Assembly: GCA_035529635.1 (NCBI GenBank)
Contig: DATKWJ010000005.1
Coordinates: 1,424-65,423 of the forward strand
Source: Patescibacteria group bacterium
Lineage (GTDB): Bacteria > Patescibacteriota > Minisyncoccia > Minisyncoccales > RBG-13-42-11
DNA length: 64,000 nt
Direction of reading: 5' to 3'
Below are positions 17,602 through 26,045 of the stretch, piece after piece. The stretch's first letter is position 1; each line of letters opens with the position of its first letter. The notes beneath the pieces are model-generated. The model was given only the letters and a program-made list of their open reading frames with translations. It was not told the DNA's origin and made no database searches. Made by a program: the position numbers and the translations under genes.

Positions 17602-20600
17602 ATGACTAAAAAATCAAGAATTGTTCTCTTTCTTTTTCTCTTCTGCTTGTTAGGAGGAGGGGTTTTGTATTTTTTCATTGATTCGGAATCCTTAGAAAAA
17701 CCTACCGCCAAAGGAAGAATGTTTGAAATACTTAATACATCAATCAGCCCCAGTGATCAGCTCGAGGACTACGGCACTCTTTATACGGGAGAGGGTGTAA
17801 AAATATGCATAATAGACACTGGGATAGATTATACATCTCTTGGTGTGAATGTTTATGGATACGATTTCGTGAACAACGACAACGATCCGATGGATGACCA
17901 CGGTCACGGCACCCAGGTCGCATACATCATACATTCGGTCGCGCCGAAATCAGAGATAATAATGGTCAAGGTAATGAATTCGGAAGGAATCGGACATGAG
18001 TCGGATGTAATAAAAGGAATTGATTACTGTATTAATGCCGGTGCGAATATAATATCGTTATCCATAGGGGCCGGCCATTTCGACGGCTACTGTGATAGCG
18101 ATCCTGTCGCCGCTAAAGCCAACGAGGCCGTAGATATGGGCATATTCGTCGCGGCCGCGATAGGTGAACCCTTAAAGGTTCCGGCCTGTGCAAGCAATGT
18201 GACAAGGGTAGGATCTATTGATTTTAATGACAACATAGTGCAGTCCAATCCGATGACCGACGTCCTCGGGTTTGGCAAGGATATAAGCACGATTACCCTC
18301 GGCGGTAAAAATGTTTTGGTCTCCGGTACCAGTATGGCGGTTTCGTTCGTAAGCGCGGGGGCAGCTCTACTTTTATCGGAAGAACCGATGTCTCCGCAAC
18401 AGATAAAGGATAGATTTAAATCAACCGCAAAGATCATAGAAACTGACAGCAGAGAATATTATAAGATAAACATACCTGCCGCTTTGGAAGCTTTAGATTT
18501 AAATAAGCCAATGGATTATGAGGCTTCTCAAAGCAACAATAAAGGAGATGGGACATTCAGGGTGCTTGCGGGCCAGGGCGAATCTTGTGGCAGCAGTGGC
18601 GATTGTGCAAGTCCTCTTATCTGCAAGTTCGACTACGACGGTTCCGGCGGCTGGTGCGATGCAGAAAGCTGTGGATGTTGGCATGATGGTGTGGAGTATG
18701 CTTATCTTGCTTGGGGACCGACATGTTTGACGACTGGAGGCGGGGGTACGGCAGGTTCAAGGCCAAGGTGCACCGGAGATTGCATTAGTTGGTCCGGGAC
18801 GCAATGTGGTTACGGTGATTTTAGCTGTTCTTCGGGAGGTTGCCGGAGGGAAAGAGTGGCCAATGCCTGCAGCGGCGGAGCTTGCCAGACTGGCGGTGCT
18901 GGTACAAACTATGAAAACTGTAATTCCGCTGCTGCCTGTGTAGCGGGTGATAATGTTTGCAGAGCCACTTCCATGTGTGGTTATGGTTCGTACGCCTGCG
19001 ATGGGAATTGCCGCAGGAAAAGGATGAAATATCAGTGCAACGGGTTAGGAGGACTGGCAGCCAACTGCATCAGGGAATACAATTGGGAATATAATAACTG
19101 CGCTCAGGGCACTGTGTGTTCGGGTAGTACATGCAGTTCTGGTCTGTGTAGCACCGGCTCGTGGGTATGTGACGGAAACTGCCAGCGGGATAGGGATTCC
19201 TTAAGCTGCGACGGCGGCAACAACTGTACTTATAATGTCCATGAAGATCAGAATTGTGCGGCCGGCACAGCCTGCAGCGGTGGAACCTGCGGCAGCGGGA
19301 CATACTGTGATACAGCAGACCACTGCACGGGCAACACCTATTACAGTAATCGCCAGTGCAACGGGTCAAACTCATGCACATACGATGTAACTGATATCGG
19401 ATGCTGTCAGAGCTCGAAATGTTCGTCTCATTACTATTGTCAGGAATCTAATCACGCCTGTACGTATCTTACGACATGTGCCGAAGCGAATAGCGGCTTC
19501 GGTTATAATCCGCAGGAGTCAAACGAAGATCTTTGGAATGAATGTACCCAAGGCAGTAACACATCGTACGGTTGCAGATCCAATTATTGCAGCGGCAGCA
19601 GTTATGCCTGCGGGGCTCAAACGAGCGGCGATGGCGGTTGTCCGAACTGTTACACGTGCAGCGATCCGGACATTGCTTGCGAATACCATAATGAGGGAAC
19701 GGTTGACGGATGTACCGGAACATACACTTGCTCCGGATTTACAAAGAGATACTGGAATGCCTGCAACGGCACTGGAAGTTGCGCGGATGTTGACAGCGGC
19801 GCAGCCGACTGCTCGGGCACGTGCGCAAGTTATTGTGTCGGAGGCAGCTGTATAAATACCGATACCGACCCAGGAACATGCACCGCCTCCACTAATGCCA
19901 GGGTTTCAAGCGATGGAGATGGACATTGCACCAGCGCAGTTTGTGAATCTGACGGTAGCGCCAACGGCGAGTCATGTATTATTAATGGTGATTGCGCAAG
20001 TAATAATTGTCGTACTGGTTCTGACAGGTCGAATAAATATTGCGCAGCTAATGATAAAGAATGTGGTCAGAGCGGAGGAGATGGCTATGATACTAACGAG
20101 TATGATAATTCTGCCAATGCGAAATGTATTGGTACTGATACCTGGGCTTGTAAAGGTGGTTATTACTATACAAGCAGTTGTATTGTAGCTGATATTGGTT
20201 GGTATTCATTAGATGGTGATGATGAAAGGACACAATGCGCAACCGGTTATTATGGTTCATCAACAACCAATTCAGCAAGCACTTGTGATGATCTTTGTCT
20301 TGCCGGCTATTATGGAAGTTCAACAGGAAATACAACTTCAACTTGCGATGGAGAATGTACAGCTGGCTATTATTGTTTAGCCGGTTCAATATCAGCGACA
20401 GAAAATGAATGCGGATTGGGAAATTATTGTCCTTCCGGTTCGGGAAGCGCCACTCCTTGCGATGTTGATAGTTATTCAGCCGTTACAACTGCAATAAGTT
20501 GTACGGCTTGCCCTTCAGATTCAGATACCAATGGTGTTACTGGTTCAGATTCAGATTTAGATTGTAGTTGCGATGGAGGTTATTATGATGCTACTGGAGA

Positions 20601-22338
20601 TGCTTATGGCAGAGGTTGTATTATTACAGAAGCTGGTTATTATTCAGTTGATAATGATAATACTCATTCTCAATGTACAGCTGGTTATTATTGTTTAGCC
20701 GGTTCAACATCAGCGACAGAAAATGAATGCGGATTGGGAAATTATTGTCCTTCCGGCTCGGGAAGCGCCACTCCTTGTCCGGCAGGGACTTATGGTTCTG
20801 CTACGACTTTGGCAGTTTCAACTTGCGATGGAGAATGTACAGCTGGCTACTACTGTCCGGCTGGTTCAATATCAGCAACAGAGAATGAATGTCCTGTTAA
20901 TAATTATTGTCTTGCTGCTATTGGAAGTCCAACACCTTGCCCGTCAAACTCAAGCACAAATGGCGCAACTGGCCAAGACGAAGAAATTGACTGTCAGTCA
21001 GTGCCAGAACCAATATCACAAGCCATGCCAGGAGGTTATGTTCGTTCTCTAAAGTCGTTGGAGCCGGAAAAACCAATATTAGTTCAAGAAGTAATAGATA
21101 GGATTGGAGAAGAAGTCCAAAGAATTTCAGAAAGAGCCAAAGAGATTGCCAGACTAATATCAAGAGTTTTTCTCCCAATTATGCCTCCAATAGTAGAAGA
21201 AATTAAACCGCCGGAAGTTCCCATTGAAGAATTAGTGTCAAAAGAAGCGCCATTGGTTTTTCAGGGGAAATGGCAGTTATTGCCTTCGGGACCCATCAGA
21301 GAATTTGTTTTATCTCCTCTGCCCAAAGAAATTATAAAGCTGGCGAAAAAATTCCCGGAACTCGGAGAGACCTTGAAAAAAGTCGGCATAACGAAAATCA
21401 CTGACATTGGAAAATTAAAAACCGTTAAATTGATTCTACCGGGATTAAAAGAATCGGAAGAAATGCCAACGGAAATCGTTTTTGCCAAAACCGGCGGCGA
21501 ATTGATAAATCTAAACATCGCTTTGACTATTAATAAAAAAGGCGAGGCAGAACAAAGAATCAGCACAATTTCAGGAAAACCTTTGCAATTAACGATTAAG
21601 CCGGACAAGCCGGCCAAGAGCGTCAAAGGATACGTTGTTTTTAAATCCAAGATGCCTCGGCCGACTTCTTTTCAATTTCCTTTTAACCTTTTAACTGCTT
21701 CTCTGATTTTTGCCAATCCGGTTTTCGCCCAGCCGCAGGAAAATCCGGTCAGGGTTGAGGAAAAATTGGTTTTGCTGGAATTTGAATATACTGGCCCTGA
21801 TGGCGATGGGATTTATACGGCTGAAATTCAGGCGCCGATTGTTGAGGGCGAATACGAAATTATCACGGTAATGGATTTTGAAGACCCGGAATTGGGTAAA
21901 AAGGAAATTCGGCTGATAGCAGTTGTTGACCCGGAAGGGTATATTTATGAAAAAGACGGGGATAAAGAAACCCGCATTCCCGGAGCCATTGTTTCTATCT
22001 ATTGGTTGAATCCTGAAACCAAGCAATACGAACTCTGGGTGGCTAAAGAATATCAGCAGGAAAATCCCCAAACAACCGATGTCAGAGGTACTTACTCGTT
22101 TTTAGTGCCCGAAGGTTCTTATTATCTCAAGGTTGAGGCGCCCGGCTATCTTGTTTATGACGGCAAGCCGTTCCAAGTTAAAGAAGGAAGCGGTGTTAAT
22201 ATTAATATAGAACTCGAAACCAAATACCTGTGGTTGAAAATTGTTGATTGGAAAATTCTTGCCTTGATTTTAGTTATTATTTTATTGTTCTGCAACTTCT
22301 ATCGTGATAAAATAAGAAAGAAATTGTTGAGGAAATAA
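17602..22338 (+). CDS. Giant surface protein: S8 peptidase, Cys-rich repeats (GCC2/GCC3-like), carboxypeptidase-regulatory-like domain, C-terminal TM
   Basis: N-terminal TM; IIDTG, HGHGTQVA, GTSMA triad; about 800 aa of Cys/Gly/Ser-rich sequence; CTAGYYC.AGS and CPAGTYG repeats; NPQTTD..G.YSFLVPEG.YYL.VEAPGY. Confidence 0.85.
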   Translation: MTKKSRIVLFLFLFCLLGGGVLYFFIDSESLEKPTAKGRMFEILNTSISPSDQLEDYGTLYTGEGVKICIIDTGIDYTSLGVNVYGYDFVNNDNDPMDDHGHGTQVAYIIHSVAPKSEIIMVKVMNSEGIGHESDVIKGIDYCINAGANIISLSIGAGHFDGYCDSDPVAAKANEAVDMGIFVAAAIGEPLKVPACASNVTRVGSIDFNDNIVQSNPMTDVLGFGKDISTITLGGKNVLVSGTSMAVSFVSAGAALLLSEEPMSPQQIKDRFKSTAKIIETDSREYYKINIPAALEALDLNKPMDYEASQSNNKGDGTFRVLAGQGESCGSSGDCASPLICKFDYDGSGGWCDAESCGCWHDGVEYAYLAWGPTCLTTGGGGTAGSRPRCTGDCISWSGTQCGYGDFSCSSGGCRRERVANACSGGACQTGGAGTNYENCNSAAACVAGDNVCRATSMCGYGSYACDGNCRRKRMKYQCNGLGGLAANCIREYNWEYNNCAQGTVCSGSTCSSGLCSTGSWVCDGNCQRDRDSLSCDGGNNCTYNVHEDQNCAAGTACSGGTCGSGTYCDTADHCTGNTYYSNRQCNGSNSCTYDVTDIGCCQSSKCSSHYYCQESNHACTYLTTCAEANSGFGYNPQESNEDLWNECTQGSNTSYGCRSNYCSGSSYACGAQTSGDGGCPNCYTCSDPDIACEYHNEGTVDGCTGTYTCSGFTKRYWNACNGTGSCADVDSGAADCSGTCASYCVGGSCINTDTDPGTCTASTNARVSSDGDGHCTSAVCESDGSANGESCIINGDCASNNCRTGSDRSNKYCAANDKECGQSGGDGYDTNEYDNSANAKCIGTDTWACKGGYYYTSSCIVADIGWYSLDGDDERTQCATGYYGSSTTNSASTCDDLCLAGYYGSSTGNTTSTCDGECTAGYYCLAGSISATENECGLGNYCPSGSGSATPCDVDSYSAVTTAISCTACPSDSDTNGVTGSDSDLDCSCDGGYYDATGDAYGRGCIITEAGYYSVDNDNTHSQCTAGYYCLAGSTSATENECGLGNYCPSGSGSATPCPAGTYGSATTLAVSTCDGECTAGYYCPAGSISATENECPVNNYCLAAIGSPTPCPSNSSTNGATGQDEEIDCQSVPEPISQAMPGGYVRSLKSLEPEKPILVQEVIDRIGEEVQRISERAKEIARLISRVFLPIMPPIVEEIKPPEVPIEELVSKEAPLVFQGKWQLLPSGPIREFVLSPLPKEIIKLAKKFPELGETLKKVGITKITDIGKLKTVKLILPGLKESEEMPTEIVFAKTGGELINLNIALTINKKGEAEQRISTISGKPLQLTIKPDKPAKSVKGYVVFKSKMPRPTSFQFPFNLLTASLIFANPVFAQPQENPVRVEEKLVLLEFEYTGPDGDGIYTAEIQAPIVEGEYEIITVMDFEDPELGKKEIRLIAVVDPEGYIYEKDGDKETRIPGAIVSIYWLNPETKQYELWVAKEYQQENPQTTDVRGTYSFLVPEGSYYLKVEAPGYLVYDGKPFQVKEGSGVNINIELETKYLWLKIVDWKILALILVIILLFCNFYRDKIRKKLLRK
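20354..20777 (+). repeat. Intragenic 106-bp duplication, with a partial third copy at 20818-20891
   Basis: 20354-20459 and 20672-20777 differ at 3 positions. Confidence 0.85.
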
Positions 22339-22344
22339 AAAATT

Positions 22345-22710
22345 ATGATTAATCAAAAAATAATTTTAACACTAGTTATCCTAATTCTGCTTGCCGCCAA
22401 TGTTTTTTTCGGCGTTAAATATTTTGCCTCGCAAAAAGAGATTCAGCAAATCCAGCCGGCTTTAGAAACTCAAAAGACCAATGAAAAAGTTTTGGATTTT
22501 ACCAAACTTTTTATTGAACAGGTGCTAAAAGCGGAGACCGAAGTTGATTTTGAAACAAGATTGAAGTTAGAAAACGCGGTCAGAAATTTAGGCGACGAGG
22601 AAATTTTAGCCCAATGGCAGAAATTCACCGAAAGCAAAACCGAAATTGAAGCTCAAGAAGAAGTTAAAAATTTGTTAGAGATGCTGGTAGGCAAGATTAA
22701 AGTGCAGTAA
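22345..22710 (+). CDS. Hypothetical membrane-anchored helical protein
   Basis: N-terminal TM; 6 nt after the giant gene, probably co-transcribed. Confidence 0.8.
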   Translation: MINQKIILTLVILILLAANVFFGVKYFASQKEIQQIQPALETQKTNEKVLDFTKLFIEQVLKAETEVDFETRLKLENAVRNLGDEEILAQWQKFTESKTEIEAQEEVKNLLEMLVGKIKVQ

Positions 22711-22719
22711 TTGCGATAA

Positions 22720-22749
22720 ACAAAAACCCGCCTCAAGGGCGGTTTTTTG
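22720..22749. repeat. 30-bp hairpin repeat, copy 2 (inverted)
   Basis: Reverse complement CAAAAAACCGCCCTTGAGGCGGGTTTTTGT, 29/30 identical to copies 1 and 3. Confidence 0.85.
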
Positions 22750-22777
22750 TTTGGCTTGGTCAGGGATGGTAGTAATT

Positions 22778-22806
22778 AAAAAACGACGCATTTCTGCGTC
22801 GTTTTT
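22778..22806 (-). terminator. Terminator of 22822-23943
   Basis: AAAAACGACGCA-tttc-TGCGTCGTTTTT. Confidence 0.8.
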
Positions 22807-22821
22807 GAATGTCAGAATGAT

Positions 22822-23943
22822 TTAGAATGACAAAGTCAGTCTGGCATCCCAGCGTTCTCTTCTTTTAGCCCAGTTATAGTAGGGCGTAAGAGAGGCTTTG
22901 TTGAAAAAGTTATTTTTTCCGAGCCACTGGCCGAATTTGATGTCTAAGCCAGTAAAAAGCTCCGTGAATCCGGTTCCTCCTTTAATATGAAGTTCCTCAA
23001 AACTCGGCTGAAGCCAGGCAGGCAAGCCCGGGATTTTGAACTTTTGAATATGTCTTGAAGAGGTAATTCTCCGCTGAGTAGGTCCATAAGCGAGCCAGTT
23101 GGCGGAAAACAGAGATAATTCCTTCCGCTGCCATGAAAAATTGAATATCACCTTTACGGCTCCGATCTTCCCGTCATCTTTCCAGTTGAACTGGGGTCCG
23201 GCAATAAAGGTAGTATTCAGTCCTTCCAGGGGGGAGAATTTGATTCCCGGTCCAAGCAACGAAGTGTTGGAACTTCCGTCAGCCGCCACTCGGTTCTGTT
23301 CCAGAAGGACGAATCTTCCTTGTGAAACTGTGAAAGAGCTTTGGCGATCTCCCTGTCTGTCAGTAAAAACAGTTGCCTGGACGTTCGGCGTTTGCGGACG
23401 AGCTGGAGTAGCGATTATGGAAACGGCCAGAGTACTGGCAGCAGCAACGCGGACAGCCGGCTTAGCTGTTTCAGCTATTTTTTGCGCCTGTTCATCGGCT
23501 TGTCGGGAAAGCGCTGATACTTTGTTTTCCGTCCACTCATTGACGGTTTCCACATGTATGCCGGGACGCTCCGACATTGTTCTCTGCCAGTAGTTATTAG
23601 AGAAAATCCGTTTGTACGAGTTTTGGTAGGGATCGCGGAAAATGAAGAGAATAGCGATAACTGGCCAGAGGAGAAGTTCGATAAAAATTTCACAATTTTT
23701 AAGACCGAAGGTAATCTCCTGTGCCAGCGAACTTTTGCCGCTTTTCACTACCGAGGCGGTTTTTACCGCCAGAGTAATGATACCGAGAATCAAATAGATG
23801 ATAGCTCCGTTCCTGACTTGATATCCGGGATAACAAAAGATGAAGCCGGCCCAAAAGGCATAGATGATAAAAACGGCTAGTCCTGCGTTTTCTCTTGAAT
23901 CAGAACAGAGACCTGCGTAGAGATCCGTGTTGTGGTACGACAT
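22822..23943 (-). CDS. Orphan: three N-terminal TMs, an internal signal-like segment and a beta-barrel-like C-terminal domain
   Basis: Three hydrophobic helices; KPAVRVAAASTLAVSIIATPARP|Q; alternating beta strands ending WDARLTLSF; SD AGGAGGG. Confidence 0.7.
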   Translation of the reverse strand: MSYHNTDLYAGLCSDSRENAGLAVFIIYAFWAGFIFCYPGYQVRNGAIIYLILGIITLAVKTASVVKSGKSSLAQEITFGLKNCEIFIELLLWPVIAILFIFRDPYQNSYKRIFSNNYWQRTMSERPGIHVETVNEWTENKVSALSRQADEQAQKIAETAKPAVRVAAASTLAVSIIATPARPQTPNVQATVFTDRQGDRQSSFTVSQGRFVLLEQNRVAADGSSNTSLLGPGIKFSPLEGLNTTFIAGPQFNWKDDGKIGAVKVIFNFSWQRKELSLFSANWLAYGPTQRRITSSRHIQKFKIPGLPAWLQPSFEELHIKGGTGFTELFTGLDIKFGQWLGKNNFFNKASLTPYYNWAKRRERWDARLTLSF

Positions 23944-23947
23944 GAAA

Positions 23948-24053
23948 CCCTCCTTTGTTGGTTTTTTCGGTTCTCTCTTGTTTATCTATTATTTATGTAT
24001 ATTTATTGTCAAAGGACATAAATAAATTATATCATTTTCCTAAAAAAAGTCAA
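23948..24053 (-). promoter_or_regulatory. Sigma70 promoter, boxA-like element and SD of 22822-23943
   Basis: Minus strand: TTGACT (24053-24048), 16 nt, TG-n-TATAAT (24031-24026); TGTCCTTTGACAA (24018-24006); AGGAGGG (23954-23948). Confidence 0.7.
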
Positions 24054-24076
24054 TATCTGTTGAAAAACAAGGATAT

Positions 24077-24106
24077 CAAAAAACCGCCCTTGAGGCGGAT
24101 TTTTGT
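24077..24106. repeat. 30-bp hairpin repeat, copy 3 (likely terminator of rpmB-tRNA-Pro)
   Basis: Identical to 17433-17462; 9 nt from the tRNA-Pro 3' end. Confidence 0.85.
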
Positions 24107-24115
24107 TTGGGTTAG

Positions 24116-24186
24116 TCGGGGTGCCGGGAATCGGACCCGGTTCTTACCCACCCCAAGGGCAAATACTACCATTATACTACACCCCG
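24116..24186 (-). tRNA. tRNA-Pro(GGG)
   Basis: CGGGGTG acceptor; TGCCC-TT-GGG-GT-GGGTA anticodon arm; T arm CCGGG-TCCGATT-CCCGG; CCA not encoded. Confidence 0.9.
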
Positions 24187-24189
24187 GAT

Positions 24190-24378
24190 CTATTTTCTTT
24201 TAGAAGACGTTTTGATGCATTTGGTGCAGGCCTTGACTCTTTTGCCGGAAGGCAAGCGCAGCCATTGCAAATTGGGGTATTTTCTTGATTTTTTGGTCGG
24301 ATTGTATTTCCCTCTGAGCTTTTTAAGCTTCCAAACCATGGTTGAGGTTTTTCCGCAGATTGCGCATTTTGTTGCCAT
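24190..24378 (-). CDS. rpmB: 50S ribosomal protein L28
   Basis: CAICGK...KYPNLQ...KACTKCIK; promoter TTGCCA, 17 nt, TAAGAT, 7 nt before ATG 24378. Confidence 0.85.
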   Translation of the reverse strand: MATKCAICGKTSTMVWKLKKLRGKYNPTKKSRKYPNLQWLRLPSGKRVKACTKCIKTSSKRK

Positions 24379-24457
24379 ATGCTCCATCTTAATTTTTTTT
24401 TAAAGATTTGGCAAGGGTTCTATATATGTTAAGATAATATCATGTAAATATTTTTTT

Positions 24458-25084
24458 ATGGAAATTTTATTTTTCATTTTTGTTTTGATCTTTTCCATTG
24501 TCATTCATGAGTTTTCTCACGGAGCAGTGGCCAATATGCTGGGCGATCCGACCGCCAAACTGGCCGGCCGGCTTACTTTGAATCCGTTGAAACATTTGGA
24601 TCCGATCGGTTCGGTTGTTCTACCTGTTTTAATGATCCTTACTACGGGAACGGGCATCGGCTGGGCCAAACCGGTTCCCGTCAATCCTTTCAATTTCCGT
24701 GACCAGAAATACGGTTCTTTGAAAGTCGCTCTGGCCGGTCCGGCTGCCAATCTGACGGTCGCTTTGTTTTTGGGACTGTTTCTCCGCCTGCTGTTTTTTT
24801 TCGGAGTGGCTTCTCCTGTTCTTTTTTCCGCTTTATCCTTTATTATTTTCGTCAACATTCTGCTGGCTATGTTCAATCTGACTCCTGTCCCTCCTTTGGA
24901 CGGTTCGCACATTCTTTTCGCTCTTTTGCCGGATTCCCTGCGGGAAATAAAAATATTTCTCAGCCAGTTCGGTTTTTTTATCCTGATTTTTTTAATTTTC
25001 TTTTTCCCGCCTTTTTTAAGAATCATAATTTATCTGGTTGAAAACATTTTTATTCTTTTCGCGGGTACGCCGCCACCTTTATAA
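24458..25084 (+). CDS. Site-2 protease (M50 family)
   Basis: HEFSH, GRLTLNPLKH.D, GWAKPVP, AGPAAN, FNL.P.PPLDG. Confidence 0.93.
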   Translation: MEILFFIFVLIFSIVIHEFSHGAVANMLGDPTAKLAGRLTLNPLKHLDPIGSVVLPVLMILTTGTGIGWAKPVPVNPFNFRDQKYGSLKVALAGPAANLTVALFLGLFLRLLFFFGVASPVLFSALSFIIFVNILLAMFNLTPVPPLDGSHILFALLPDSLREIKIFLSQFGFFILIFLIFFFPPFLRIIIYLVENIFILFAGTPPPL

Positions 25085-25097
25085 ACCCTCAATTTTA

Positions 25098-25126
25098 TTG
25101 ACAATGATTGAATTGTCTGATAAATT
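25098..25126 (+). promoter_or_regulatory. str operon promoter
   Basis: TTGACA, 17 nt, TG-n-TAAATT. Confidence 0.7.
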
Positions 25127-25144
25127 AGATGATTATTTAAAATT

Positions 25145-25558
25145 ATGTGTCCTACAATACACCAATTGATAAAAAAAGGCAGAGGCAAAGCCAAAAAGCG
25201 CACTAAAGCGCCTGCTTTGTCTTTCAGTTTCAACGTTTTGAAAAACCGGCCGAAGAAATCTTTTTCTCCGTTCAAGAGAGGGGTTTGTTTGAAAGTTTTC
25301 ACCGTTACTCCCAAAAAACCGAACTCCGCTTTGAGAAAAGTGGCCAGGGTAAGATTGACCAACGGTATGGAGGTTACGGCTTATATTCCCGGCGAAGGCC
25401 ATAATTTGCAGGAACACTCGGTGGTTTTGCTCAGGGGAGGCAGGGTCAAGGATCTGCCGGGAGTAAGATACCATTTAGTCAGAGGTACTTTGGATACAGG
25501 AGGCGTTGAAGGGCGCAAAAAGAAAAGAAGCAAATACGGAACAAAAAGGCAAAAATAA
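25145..25558 (+). CDS. rpsL: 30S ribosomal protein S12
   Basis: [27 protein letters not shown]. Confidence 0.99.
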   Translation: MCPTIHQLIKKGRGKAKKRTKAPALSFSFNVLKNRPKKSFSPFKRGVCLKVFTVTPKKPNSALRKVARVRLTNGMEVTAYIPGEGHNLQEHSVVLLRGGRVKDLPGVRYHLVRGTLDTGGVEGRKKKRSKYGTKRQK

Positions 25559-25573
25559 TTTTGAATTTATTTT

Positions 25574-26041
25574 ATGGCTCGTCAGAAAAAAAACAAAAGA
25601 ATTATTGAACCGGACGGCGTTTATAACAACGTGACGGTTGCCAAACTGATCAATCAGATAATGAGATGCGGCAAAAAAAATGCAGCCAGAAAAATCGTTT
25701 ACGGCGCTTTTGATATTATCAAAGAAAAAACGAAAAAAGATCCTTTGGAAACTTTTGACAAAGCCATCAGAAACGCCTCTCCCTTATTGGAAATAAAAGC
25801 CAAAAGAGTCGGCGGAGCCACTTATCAGGTGCCTCGCGAAGTGCGGGGCGACAGGATGCTGACTTTGGCCATGCGCTGGATAATCGAAGGAGCCAAAGCT
25901 AAAAAAGGCAAGCCGATGAGAGAGAAACTGGCCGAAGAATTGATTTTGGCTTCCAACAACGAAGGAACAGCGGTCAAGAAAAAAGAGAATACTCACCGCA
26001 TGGCTGAAGCGAACAGGGCTTTCGCCCATTTTTCTTGGTAA
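25574..26041 (+). CDS. rpsG: 30S ribosomal protein S7
   Basis: [22 protein letters not shown]. Confidence 0.99.
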   Translation: MARQKKNKRIIEPDGVYNNVTVAKLINQIMRCGKKNAARKIVYGAFDIIKEKTKKDPLETFDKAIRNASPLLEIKAKRVGGATYQVPREVRGDRMLTLAMRWIIEGAKAKKGKPMREKLAEELILASNNEGTAVKKKENTHRMAEANRAFAHFSW

Positions 26042-26045
26042 AATT

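Noticed and set aside
20354-20777. DGR template/variable repeat pair
   Set aside because: Both copies are in frame in one gene, the three differences are not consistently at adenines of one copy, and there is no reverse transcriptase in the window.
17433-24186. Classical tRNA-integrated island or prophage
   Set aside because: No integrase or phage genes, and the duplicated sequence is the downstream hairpin rather than the tRNA 3' end.
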